Virus record (IMG/VR): IMGVR_UViG_3300014720_002669
Length of the DNA: 64,000 nt
DNA from: a virus
Strand: one strand, 5' to 3'
The notes below the pieces were generated by a model that did not search any database, had not been told where the DNA came from, and saw only the letters and a program-made list of their open reading frames with translations. Every line of letters starts with the position of its first letter. Positions within the stretch are counted from its first letter, which is position 1. The position numbers were made by a program, and so were the translations under genes. Below, in pieces: positions 49,601-58,546 of this stretch.

Positions 49601-51582
49601 CAGGCGAGGAAGAATTCAAATGGGAAGTTGGCAGACCAGGTTATGGTGCTAGTATCATTGTCCGAGCCAAAACCAAAGAACAAGCCATTGACCGAGCCGT
49701 GCAACCAGATGGATACCCCGACTGGGCCAGTGCCAGAAGTCAACTCACAGCCCGGCCCATAGGACCAGTCGACACCGCCCCAGTCAGAGCCACTGCAGGT
49801 GAACCCCAGGCCGTTGGACAACAAGGCAACTGGGGCATTTGGATGACTGGTGAGAATCGTTTCAGCCGAGCACCAGGCCAACCGGACCCTTCTGTATATC
49901 GTAGATTTGCCAGTCGTGAGGCGGCTGAACAATACATTGAACAACAACGTCAAACGTACCCCGGTATGCGTACCGACATTGAAGTGCGTGAGATTGAACC
50001 CAGTGCCGCAGCACAGGCCATGGGACAACAAGGTGCAGCCATGCTGGGCGATCGACCCAGCAACCCCGATGGCAACTATGTGATCACGCCCGAAGGAGAT
50101 CGCACCAGCGTTTACTATCGATTCCAAGCAGTGGACATTGATGATGCCAACACAGTGTTGCGAGCCTGGCGACAGCAGTATCCCAATCAAGTGTGGTTGG
50201 CTCAACGCGACGACAGCAGAACGTTGGGACAACCGCCTGTGCCAGGATCTACCCTGGACCTACAACGTCAACGACTTGCGGCCACACCTGCATATGGTTT
50301 TAGAGATTTATTTTCAACCACCCCAGATCAACAGCAAGGCGGCAGACCTCATGATCCCACAGGACGCTATGCCATTGTGGCACGCAGCGACACAGCAGTG
50401 CATGGACGCACAGGCGGTCCAGCCCCCTACTACTATTTCAGATTCAACATGCAGAATCTTGAAGACCAAGGCCACGGACGATATGTTCTACAGGCCTGGG
50501 CTGCCAGAAATTCAGTGAACACTGATGATTACATGGTGGTTGATACCACTCAATATGCAGATGATGCTGCTCAAGGTGGCACAGTGGATGTGGCCACAGA
50601 CCGACCAGCACAGCGTACAGGCGGTGAGTTTACTGGTGAGTGGCGGGTCCTAGTCAACGGCCAAGAAGTGTATAGATTCAGTGGTGCAGGCAACAGTCAA
50701 GCCGATGCTAACAGAGTTGCCGCTGATTGGTTGCGTCGCAATGGAATGGGGGTGAGTGGCGAAGGCTTTGAAGTGTATCCGGTGATGGCAGAAAGTCTGC
50801 AAGAGGCCAAAGGCAACCGTAGAAAGTTTGCTGATGGCTATTTGGTGTTTAGTGATCATTTGTATGACAGACTACGCGATCACAGCATCAGTCAAGACGC
50901 CGTTGAGCAATTGTTAAGAAAACTGGAAGTGCGCAGATCTATTGATTTAATTCGAATGCCATACATTGACTTTGTAGTCAAAACTCCAGATTTAGCATTG
51001 GCCATTGCTAAAACACGTGACCAAAATGACAACACAGCGTTTGTTGTCAGCACAGTGCGTCAAAATTTGCGCTCAGGACCTGACCAAGATGTAGTTTATT
51101 TAGAAGATATGCCACAGCCCAGTCACGGTCCAGGACAGATCAAAGATCTAAATGAACCCTTGGGGCCAGAGTCACCACCCCAAATGCCCGCGGGCACCAT
51201 CAAAGTAGATGTGTCAGACATGTATGACTGGTATAAATTGGGACAAAAGATATCAGACCTGGACAGCATCCGGCCTGGAGAATTGGGTTCAGGACCACCA
51301 TCAACTGTGTTTGCATTTGGCTCAGAAGACCTAAAGAACATGTACAGTCATGCGCTCACACGACTGGGATTGAAGACACATGATTTGGATGAGCCTGGCG
51401 AAGAGGACATTGACGAAAACTTTGCAGACGGCCGGAATCCACAAGACAAGGGAGATAGTGCTAGGCATGGTATACCAAAGAAGGCCTCATTAGCAAAGTT
51501 AGACAAAATAGGACATGGGTCAGGCCGTAAAGCACAATTAGCCAGATGGCAGGCGAATATGAGACGTGGTCGTGCTAAATAA
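46621..51582 (+). CDS. 1653-aa polyvalent protein: Pol-beta NTase, HExxH zincin, amidoligase, small repeats, RelE-like module
   Basis: GSNA...SDIDLH; AHELTH; GMEFE / EPDSS / GLEFVSPP / TGLHIN / IEFR; SDHLYDR. Confidence 0.8.
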   Translation: MNIHELATYNLDDAVKFHQRLNPVLWARDEHLLPEVRNKLLKIAADFQEFLGVEDLKVKDITVSGSNAAYSYTKQSDIDLHLVVEMPNDPVYQELFAAKKYQYNTEHDITIGGADVELYVQPDDQPHHSQGIYSIKNSDWVKVPQRKRSQIDDTCVLAKVDDLATRIKSAIASQDRSVMDSLWKKIKIMRQSGLENHGEFGCENVAFKLLRNNGSIGALKSAITAAQDRELSLPPKKRVRYGFSEDVTSTPDGVSASTNMFLNETPVSNVVQSFVQDVVQRLGIENMPEVVLHDDPDWSKQNNSFGQYNPDTRTLHVSLVDRHLLDILRTVAHELTHCRQNELDTLPDHAGETGSRWENQANAQAGILMRDFADANPEYFNESYTQAKSLQSSMKTFRAKVRIKDRYGSPAIEAQVVARNHDMARQMLRAQYGPDSVISTVTELKENASGYIPKNRREAAMPRYAMALSVDIKPGEVGRQANKLALKTGRNGEPGLLQPDAQNLLREFSEFVTEQDQLFEITMSPSSLKKLSAQTGALAGMEFEMIVPGTGDDDGDLEPDYDFDERCRSIQDARDFFYDGDYNGRRDIQRMSDRMQNDYAEWLYERLDTDFTNNSENLISEWISNNVDESKWNPDDLEGEARQEALAEFVANVDARPSSDYYQQALDEYREENQGSYDESDWLDAEDLDLMSGVENAYNITWPHWRSTGGGEVSTEEVADSFSNAVGRPCRASSSYHSSRVPRPSKTNVSYIVEPDSSLEPDDANDSGLEFVSPPLPIEELLSDLNKVKKWADKTGCYTNDSTGLHINVSVPGWSGGSEGLDYVKLAVLLGDEYVLDAFGRAGNTYAKSAMGKIRSIIKQNPAKAEEMLERMKSGMDQLASRAIHSGATEKYTSINNKNGYIEFRSPGGDWLDANFDQIENTLRRFTVALSAAVDPQAYRQEYLKKLYKLLDVKSEKDSLSYFARYAAGELPRAALKSFVRQARLERDIQRGKTGEEEFKWEVGRPGYGASIIVRAKTKEQAIDRAVQPDGYPDWASARSQLTARPIGPVDTAPVRATAGEPQAVGQQGNWGIWMTGENRFSRAPGQPDPSVYRRFASREAAEQYIEQQRQTYPGMRTDIEVREIEPSAAAQAMGQQGAAMLGDRPSNPDGNYVITPEGDRTSVYYRFQAVDIDDANTVLRAWRQQYPNQVWLAQRDDSRTLGQPPVPGSTLDLQRQRLAATPAYGFRDLFSTTPDQQQGGRPHDPTGRYAIVARSDTAVHGRTGGPAPYYYFRFNMQNLEDQGHGRYVLQAWAARNSVNTDDYMVVDTTQYADDAAQGGTVDVATDRPAQRTGGEFTGEWRVLVNGQEVYRFSGAGNSQADANRVAADWLRRNGMGVSGEGFEVYPVMAESLQEAKGNRRKFADGYLVFSDHLYDRLRDHSISQDAVEQLLRKLEVRRSIDLIRMPYIDFVVKTPDLALAIAKTRDQNDNTAFVVSTVRQNLRSGPDQDVVYLEDMPQPSHGPGQIKDLNEPLGPESPPQMPAGTIKVDVSDMYDWYKLGQKISDLDSIRPGELGSGPPSTVFAFGSEDLKNMYSHALTRLGLKTHDLDEPGEEDIDENFADGRNPQDKGDSARHGIPKKASLAKLDKIGHGSGRKAQLARWQANMRRGRAK

Positions 51583-51589
51583 TGTTATC

Positions 51590-52186
51590 ATGGCACACGT
51601 TTATATCATCACAAACAAAATAAACAATAAACAATACGTCGGAGTGACCAATAACTCACTTCAAGAAAGATGGAAAAGTCATCTGTATGACAATAAGATC
51701 ATTAGCAAGGCTATCAAAAAATATGGCAAAGAAAACTTTTCCATAGAAGCAATACATGAATGTGATACAATGGATGAAGCGTACATTCTTGAACCAAAAT
51801 TTATTATTGAACATAATACCAAATACCCAAATGGATACAATGTATCGTCGGGAGGCAAAGGATCGCAAGTTGGTAAACGCAAGCCCACTCCAGATCATGT
51901 CAAGCAAAAAATAAGTGAATCAATCAAGAAAAATCATTACTGGAACAACTTGTCTGAAGAACAAAAAGAAAAATGCAGAGAAAGTTGGCGGGCAAACAAT
52001 CAGTCTCGTATAGGGCAAAAAAGAAGTTCATATAACAATGGATTATTCAAAAAAACTGTTTGGATCAACAACGGCGAACAGAGAAAACGAGTTCCAGAAT
52101 CTGATATAAATGACTGGATATCAAATGGGTGGATACGCGGGCACATGAACGGTGTAGTCAACATGAAATTTGGACATAAGAAATGA
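51590..52186 (+). mobile_element. GIY-YIG homing endonuclease
   Basis: HVYIITNKINNKQYVGVT...RWKSH...IKKYG...GYN; AT-rich. Confidence 0.9.
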
Positions 52187-52611
52187 GAAATCTCATCAAC
52201 CTAATCGAAGCCAAACAACGTGGTTGTCCCTTGGCCACACATGACATAGATGAAAACTTAAAGAATCGTCAACGAGCCATTGACGACTATCACTATGGTC
52301 CTGCCAATCCTGACCGTGCTGAAGACTACTGGGCCAAGAGTGCCCGGGGATTCAAAGTCAGTGTGGCCACTGCTCGAACCATGCAGTGTGGCAACTGTGC
52401 GGCCTTTGACGTCAGCGACAGCATGCGAGAATGTATCGCTCAGGGCATACGCGGTGATGAAACTGCGGTGGATGCCAATGCCAGTATCAACGGGGCTGAC
52501 CTGGGCTACTGCAACTTCTTGCACTTCAAGTGTGCTGGCACACGTAGTTGCCGTGCTTGGATCACTGGTGGTCCCATCACTGAAAAAGACAAACACAAGA
52601 GTGCAGATTGA
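52183..52611 (+). CDS. Cys-rich hypothetical protein, putative internal head protein
   Basis: MRNLINLIE leader; CGNC, GYC...C...C..W. Confidence 0.75.
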   Translation: MRNLINLIEAKQRGCPLATHDIDENLKNRQRAIDDYHYGPANPDRAEDYWAKSARGFKVSVATARTMQCGNCAAFDVSDSMRECIAQGIRGDETAVDANASINGADLGYCNFLHFKCAGTRSCRAWITGGPITEKDKHKSAD

Positions 52612-52620
52612 GACCTTGCA

Positions 52621-53199
52621 GTGAGACACCACGAAATCACTCAAGAAGCATCGCCCAACACCTGGGCAGGCAGTTTTACTCCTGACCTGGTGGCCAGCAA
52701 GACCTGGTTGACCACACAGTTGAAAAAACAACTGGCCGGTGCGTCAGCTGGCGACGTCTATGTGCTGGGCAGTTGGTGGGGCAACACAGGAGTGTTTATC
52801 CAGCAGGCCGGCATTGAGTTTGATCGACTGATCATGGTAGAACGGCGCAGATACTTGTTGGCCAGCACCAAGATGCTGTTGAACGACCTGTGGCAACAAG
52901 GACGCTTGGTATTGTGGCATCAGGATGCTGCCAACATCCAGTATCCCACCAATCGAACCATCACAGTGATCAACACCAGCAGCAATGAAATGCCCAGAAC
53001 TTGGATCACTCGAGTGCCCCGGGGCACACTCACAGTGATACAGTCAAGGGACAATGTCAAGGATGTCAAGGTCATCACTGACACAGCAGCACAGTTTTAT
53101 GCCAAGTTTCCCTTGAAAACCACAGTGTACTGGGGCGAACGCCGACTGCGAGATCCAGAAACACGCTACCGACGCTGGATGAAGATTGGCTATAAATAA
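52621..53199 (+). CDS. Methyltransferase-like protein with CTS-like leader
   Basis: VYVLGSWWG, VINTS; MRHHEITQE. Confidence 0.6.
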   Translation: MRHHEITQEASPNTWAGSFTPDLVASKTWLTTQLKKQLAGASAGDVYVLGSWWGNTGVFIQQAGIEFDRLIMVERRRYLLASTKMLLNDLWQQGRLVLWHQDAANIQYPTNRTITVINTSSNEMPRTWITRVPRGTLTVIQSRDNVKDVKVITDTAAQFYAKFPLKTTVYWGERRLRDPETRYRRWMKIGYK

Positions 53200-53205
53200 A
53201 CAACT

Positions 53206-53559
53206 ATGACGTACAAAGAAATTCTTGAAGCCTGCTGGACTGGTTATCGCCAAGCAGGCATGAAAAACAAAGGCGGGCGCCAGGTGCCCAATTGCGTGCC
53301 TGTGCGCGAAGCCGAAATAGAAGAAAATCTTCGTGACTGGTTCAAACAAAAGTGGGTGCGTTTTGGTCCTGATGGAAAAATCCGTGGCGACTGTGCTAGA
53401 GGAAGTGAAAAGGAAGGCAAGCCCAAGTGTTTGCCCCAGGCCCGGGCGCACGCACTGGGTCGAAAAGGTCGTGCCAGTGCAGCGGCTAGAAAACGGCGTG
53501 AAGATCCCAACCCCAACCGTACAGGAAAGGCCATCAACGTGGCAACTAAAAAGAAATGA
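53206..53559 (+). CDS. Two-module basic protein, putative internal head protein
   Basis: TATAAATA; MTYKEILE|ACW...NCVP; IEE|NLRDWF...PKCLP. Confidence 0.75.
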   Translation: MTYKEILEACWTGYRQAGMKNKGGRQVPNCVPVREAEIEENLRDWFKQKWVRFGPDGKIRGDCARGSEKEGKPKCLPQARAHALGRKGRASAAARKRREDPNPNRTGKAINVATKKK

Positions 53560-54707
53560 TCATAAGCGAACTATTTGAAGAGCCACAACAGTGCCCCGAA
53601 TGCGGTGGCATCAGTTTCTCAGACTTGATCCTGGCTGAAAAGAAAGACGCCTGCTACCACAAGGTCAAGGCATCAGCCAAGGTATGGCCGTCGGCCTATG
53701 CATCCGGACGCTTGGTACAGTGTCGCAAAAAAGGTGCCGCCAACTATGGCAACAAATCAGAAGGTGTATCAGAAGCACCACTACCTGGACAACGTCGAGG
53801 CCCATTAGATTTGCAACCACTGGAAGGTGGTGGTGTTGGTGGCGGTGGTGGTTTCGGTGGCCCAACTCGAAGTGGTCCTTCACAATTTTTTGGTCCCAAA
53901 CCCGGGTCACGTGAAGCATCTGTTGCTCAGCCCAATCCCAACACTATGACGGTGAAACAAAGTCCAAACCCTGACTATCGCTCCCCATCTCAACAATCTC
54001 AAACCACAGGTGATAAACCAAAAATCAAAGTCAATCCTGGTGAAACCGTACCTCAGGCCATAGAACGCACAAAAACCCAACAAGAATTTGGCAAGTTCCT
54101 ACAAGGGCAAAGTGGTCAAACATTTGGCGCCGGCGCTGGCCGTGGCTCAATAAATCCAGCGCCAACAAACACCATGAACAACACACCGGTCAGTGTTAGA
54201 AATAAGCCATCTGCTATGAATTCCATGGCCAGAGACTTGACCAAGACCCCCACGTCAACTAGACAAAACACTCAGACTGAGCCAGTCAAACAATCTGAAC
54301 CAGTCAAACAACCTGATCCGTTTGACTTGCCACTTGACGTTGGTGCAGCACGTCCAGGTTTTGACGGTAGAATGGGCTCAACACCAATGCCAAACAGAGC
54401 AGACAAACAGTCATCCATGCTTGGAAAAGCAGGCAAAACACTGGGATATGGAGCAGCCGCTTATGGTGCTGCTGACTTAGGTTCACGTGCCCTGGACTAC
54501 TATGATCAAAATTATTCTGAGGTTCCTTATGTTCCTCAGATCAAGGAAGCCAAAAAACAACCACCCGAAGTGGAATATGATGACGAATATGATGCCATGG
54601 TGGCCAGAGTTAAAAAGTTGGCCGGACTGGGTCCGCTTAAAACTGTGTACGATCCCAAACGACGTCAGTATCGCAACCAGCCCACAGTCCAACAGCCTAA
54701 AAAATGA
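53556..54707 (+). CDS. Modular putative internal head polyprotein
   Basis: MIISELFE; LAE|KKDACY...WPSAYASG; EGVSE linker; RVKKLAGL. Confidence 0.7.
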   Translation: MIISELFEEPQQCPECGGISFSDLILAEKKDACYHKVKASAKVWPSAYASGRLVQCRKKGAANYGNKSEGVSEAPLPGQRRGPLDLQPLEGGGVGGGGGFGGPTRSGPSQFFGPKPGSREASVAQPNPNTMTVKQSPNPDYRSPSQQSQTTGDKPKIKVNPGETVPQAIERTKTQQEFGKFLQGQSGQTFGAGAGRGSINPAPTNTMNNTPVSVRNKPSAMNSMARDLTKTPTSTRQNTQTEPVKQSEPVKQPDPFDLPLDVGAARPGFDGRMGSTPMPNRADKQSSMLGKAGKTLGYGAAAYGAADLGSRALDYYDQNYSEVPYVPQIKEAKKQPPEVEYDDEYDAMVARVKKLAGLGPLKTVYDPKRRQYRNQPTVQQPKK

Positions 54708-55309
54708 GAGCACAGGAGTTTGTCATAGAGCGCAAAAAAAGCCGCCGAAAAAAATCCAGCCGGCACGGTGGATATTTCTTTCCAGGATATGCCTACTATA
54801 GCAGTGGTGGCGATTCCAGTGAAGGCGGTGGAGACGGCGGCGGCGAATCACGTTCAGGCACACCGGAAGGCAAACGTATTGCAAGAAAGCCTGGGCAACC
54901 AGCAGCATCAAAAAAACATTCAGATCTTTACACAGATGAGAATCCTCGTGGCACCATCACCGGTTTGAAATTTGCCACGGTGGAAGATGCTCGAGCCAGT
55001 GTAAGTAAAATACGAAACAGTGGCCGCAGTCATGCACACAAGATACAGGCAGCTGTGGCCATGGAACAACGAGCCCGTGCAGCCGGCAAAAGTGATGCAG
55101 CAGCAGTGTATAGGCGATTCATTGACGCCAACAAAAAAACTGAAGAACAGCAATTAGACGAACTCAGCTTCCTAGGATCCCAATGCACCAAAGACTGCTC
55201 AGGTCACAGAGCCGGATACGAGTGGTCAAAACGCAAAGGACTACGTCAGGCCAACTCATGGTCACCCAGTTTCAACAAAGGCGCTGGCCTGGCAGTGGCA
55301 GGAAAATAA
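54704..55309 (+). CDS. Modular putative internal head polyprotein
   Basis: MRAQEFVIE; DLYTDENP module; LDE|LSFLGSQCTKDCSGH module. Confidence 0.7.
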   Translation: MRAQEFVIERKKSRRKKSSRHGGYFFPGYAYYSSGGDSSEGGGDGGGESRSGTPEGKRIARKPGQPAASKKHSDLYTDENPRGTITGLKFATVEDARASVSKIRNSGRSHAHKIQAAVAMEQRARAAGKSDAAAVYRRFIDANKKTEEQQLDELSFLGSQCTKDCSGHRAGYEWSKRKGLRQANSWSPSFNKGAGLAVAGK

Positions 55310-55342
55310 CACCCCAACTGTGAATCACAAATACATAAGTGC

Positions 55343-56185
55343 ATGATTGATATTGTCACTGTTGTTTTTGAACAAGAAATTTCCATATTACGAGCACAGG
55401 CACAAAGCATTGCTTTAAATTGCCAACGCATTGGTATCCGCAACATCTACGTGGTGTTGAATGACACAGAAACCATTGCCGGTCAAATTGATCCTGCTTG
55501 GTGGGGACCACTGGCCAGCAATGTGCTGATAATTCCACGCACAGCATTCTCCACACCGTTTGTGACCGATGGATGGGTCAGTCAGCAAGTACTCAAACTG
55601 CTCACCGCATCAATGAGCTACAACACTTACTCAATGATTTTGGATGCCAAAACCTTGTTTGTGCGTGAACTGGATCCTGCCACTGTGGTGGACGAAACAG
55701 GTCGAATCCTCACAGGTAGATGTCCCATATACCCTGTGTTCGAGCCCAGCAAAAAAATAGTAGAACAGTTGTTTGAAATTGAACTCACTGAACAACTGGG
55801 CCCTGGTGGTGTGCCATTCATTGTACACAACGACACCGTGAGAATGATGATAGCTGAAGTTACCTTGCGCACACGCACATCATTTCCCACATGGTTCCAA
55901 CAACAAGGCATGGTCACTGAATTTATATTGTATTCAGGCTTTGTAAAATTCTTGTGCGGCAATTTGGAAGTCATGTACGACAGGCAAAACAAACTGGGCA
56001 GCATAGTAAATGTCAGTCATGATGAAACTGTGCATTGGCTGACGAAAATAAATCAAATGAACAATCGAAACACTCTGACTGTGAGTGTGCATAGAGGCGC
56101 CTGGCTCCGACTAACTGCACAACAACGTCAAGAATATCGAGACTTGTTGCTACAACGTGGCATAGAGGCAGCACAAGATCTATGA
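55343..56185 (+). CDS. Nucleotide-diphospho-sugar transferase-like protein (DUF6492-like)
   Basis: GWVSQQVLKL, ILDAK, TEFILY. Confidence 0.65.
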   Translation: MIDIVTVVFEQEISILRAQAQSIALNCQRIGIRNIYVVLNDTETIAGQIDPAWWGPLASNVLIIPRTAFSTPFVTDGWVSQQVLKLLTASMSYNTYSMILDAKTLFVRELDPATVVDETGRILTGRCPIYPVFEPSKKIVEQLFEIELTEQLGPGGVPFIVHNDTVRMMIAEVTLRTRTSFPTWFQQQGMVTEFILYSGFVKFLCGNLEVMYDRQNKLGSIVNVSHDETVHWLTKINQMNNRNTLTVSVHRGAWLRLTAQQRQEYRDLLLQRGIEAAQDL

Positions 56186-56694
56186 AGGCGTTGTGTCTTG
56201 TGGCTCATCCCGATGACTGTGTGATATTTGCCTACAGCTATATCTACAATCATCCTGAGCATGACTGGACCATTGGCTATTTGACCTACACCGCTCAAGA
56301 TCCGCGTGGTGCAGAAATGGCAGAATTTTGGCAACGCCGAGGCATTGGCACAGTGTTCCTGGGCTTTGAAGACCACTGGCATGACAATGAACAGAAACAA
56401 TTTACTCGTTGGACAGAAGAACGTGCAGAACGAGCCTGTTGGGCACTAGCAAAAGATTTTGACTTGGTATTGACTCATGACGAATCAGGTGACTATGGAC
56501 ACATACATCATGTGTTGGTATACAATTCTGTGCAATGGCACCCGCGTCTGGTGACATTTGCTCGCCCCGGCGAAGGCACGACATACACAGTGCCCAACAG
56601 TGCATACAGTCTGGATGAGGTGCCACGGCACGCCAACATCATTGCTGGATTTCACATCAATCAACATCAAAACAGTTACAAGGAACCCCAATGA
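56182..56694 (+). CDS. PIG-L/LmbE-like deacetylase
   Basis: VAHPDD, R..E, THDESGDYGHIHH. Confidence 0.85.
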   Translation: MKALCLVAHPDDCVIFAYSYIYNHPEHDWTIGYLTYTAQDPRGAEMAEFWQRRGIGTVFLGFEDHWHDNEQKQFTRWTEERAERACWALAKDFDLVLTHDESGDYGHIHHVLVYNSVQWHPRLVTFARPGEGTTYTVPNSAYSLDEVPRHANIIAGFHINQHQNSYKEPQ

Positions 56695-57497
56695 AATTAA
56701 TGGTAGCAGGTTGTAGTTTTAGTGCTGTAAGCAAGTCATTGCCTGGCACTGCTTGGAGTGAAGTGTTGGCCAAGAAACTGGGTTGGGATTTGGTCAATCT
56801 AGCACGTCAGGGCTGCTCCAATGGTGGCATACGCATACAGATAGATGAGATACGTCGCCAGCGTGCAGACTTTGCTGTGATCACTCCCACATTCTGGGAC
56901 CGAATGGAAATACCTGCCAACTCAGTGCCCTACGACTGGAATCAAAAACCCAGTTCAGGAGTGAATCCCCCACTGGAACAGCATTTGCAAAATCGTGCCC
57001 TGGGCAATGGCTACCGCAGAGAAGATGGCATACGCAATGTCAACTACGGCACAGAACCATCAAACATGATTTGCGAAACTATCTTTACTTTGGCTGAAAA
57101 CTTTGATCATCCTTACAGAATGGCTCGTATTACAAAGCAAGCACAAACAGGTGTGCGCCATTGGATTGACAGTATCTACGACAATGCTTGGAAAAAACAA
57201 TGTGACGAATGGATTATGCGTGATGGCATCACAATGATGTACTTGGACGGTATCCGATTTATTGTGTGTCCCAACCTGCTGTGGCCATTTGATCCTGCAA
57301 ATTCTTCACAGTGGCGTGAGGCATTTCCCAGCATTGTGCCTGACCATTACATCAATTTGGATCCTGCTCGATCCCCACAGGCCATCTGCGGCAACAATCC
57401 CTTTAAGGGCGAAGATCCTGGTTATCATTCAAGTCCAGCGGGACAAGAAATAATTGCTGAACACTTTTATCAAACTTGGTTGGATCACTTCAAGTGA
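56691..57497 (+). CDS. SGNH-like hydrolase/acyltransferase
   Basis: AGCSFS, NLARQGCSN, YHSSPAGQ. Confidence 0.7.
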   Translation: MKLMVAGCSFSAVSKSLPGTAWSEVLAKKLGWDLVNLARQGCSNGGIRIQIDEIRRQRADFAVITPTFWDRMEIPANSVPYDWNQKPSSGVNPPLEQHLQNRALGNGYRREDGIRNVNYGTEPSNMICETIFTLAENFDHPYRMARITKQAQTGVRHWIDSIYDNAWKKQCDEWIMRDGITMMYLDGIRFIVCPNLLWPFDPANSSQWREAFPSIVPDHYINLDPARSPQAICGNNPFKGEDPGYHSSPAGQEIIAEHFYQTWLDHFK

Positions 57498-58546
57498 TCT
57501 ACCACAAACTGTTGTAGTTCTTTTGTTTTTTCTTGTTCAAACTTGTACAGCCTATTGTGATTGTGATCTAACTTGGGTCGGAGTTTTGGCAACAGTGCAG
57601 GCAAGTCTTGCGTACACAGATACTGCACTTGTTCAAACGCCCGGCTCCAACGAACTACGTCATCCGGCTCGGCATCGTATGATTCATCAATGACATCACC
57701 AAATGTTTCAAACCCCCAATCACGATACTGCTGTAAAAAATCTTGTATGGCAAACACCACAAACAGTCTGCGAGCTTGAAAACACTTGGCAGTTTTTTCA
57801 GCAGAAAGAAACACACGATCCTTGCCCAAAGTTTCACACACCACACTGAACCAAGTGCGATTGTATATTTCCCAAGGCACTAGACCGCTGACACTATTGT
57901 CCATGTCTTTTTTAACTTCCCATGCTGAGTCCAAGTTTGGGCTCACATAAGGATACTGTAATGCAGTATTATCAAACAGCCTAGCTACACGTTCGGGTGT
58001 TGAATCAATCCAATGCCCCACAAACAAGTCTCTGTAGGTCACAATGCTCTGTTCCAGCAAGCCTGATTGTTGTAGGCCCAGCATCACAAAGTCTCTGTGC
58101 TCTCGTCGAGCGCCTAGTAAGCATTCAAATGCATAAGCACGTTCGGCAGGAAAATCTTCTCTTGGTTGATTCCACCGCAAGAAGTTGAAACTCCAAGCTG
58201 GTCTGTAAATCACTCTTGGGTGGGGTGGTTCATCCAACCACACACCGGCTGTGTGCAACAGCCAGTTTTCTATGCCTGTGGTCCCAATCCATTCCACAAG
58301 TTCTTTTTTGCTGTGCCACTCAATGTCAGTGAACAACACAAGATCAAATTTGTGCAGCGGCAATTGCATGTATTCTGTGTTGTATTCGTGTTTGTTGGAC
58401 AGACTGTAAAACACCGGCATCACTGCAATGCGATGTGGTTGTGATAATGCAGTGTCTAAGTCTACTATTTGATCGTAGCCAAAGCCCCACTCTGTGGCCT
58501 GGTAGCCCGGGGAGAATACTTTAAGTGAGGCGTGCAAGAGTTTCAC
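57485..58546 (-). CDS. Putative glycosyltransferase-like protein
   Basis: R.HRD, SVVCET, SAEKTAK, GFETF..VIDESYD, HNH. Confidence 0.55.
   Translation of the reverse strand: MKLLHASLKVFSPGYQATEWGFGYDQIVDLDTALSQPHRIAVMPVFYSLSNKHEYNTEYMQLPLHKFDLVLFTDIEWHSKKELVEWIGTTGIENWLLHTAGVWLDEPPHPRVIYRPAWSFNFLRWNQPREDFPAERAYAFECLLGARREHRDFVMLGLQQSGLLEQSIVTYRDLFVGHWIDSTPERVARLFDNTALQYPYVSPNLDSAWEVKKDMDNSVSGLVPWEIYNRTWFSVVCETLGKDRVFLSAEKTAKCFQARRLFVVFAIQDFLQQYRDWGFETFGDVIDESYDAEPDDVVRWSRAFEQVQYLCTQDLPALLPKLRPKLDHNHNRLYKFEQEKTKELQQFVVDHLK

Noticed and set aside
49450-50232. 260-aa minus-strand ORF
   Set aside because: It lies antisense to the polyprotein and has no motifs or expression signals.
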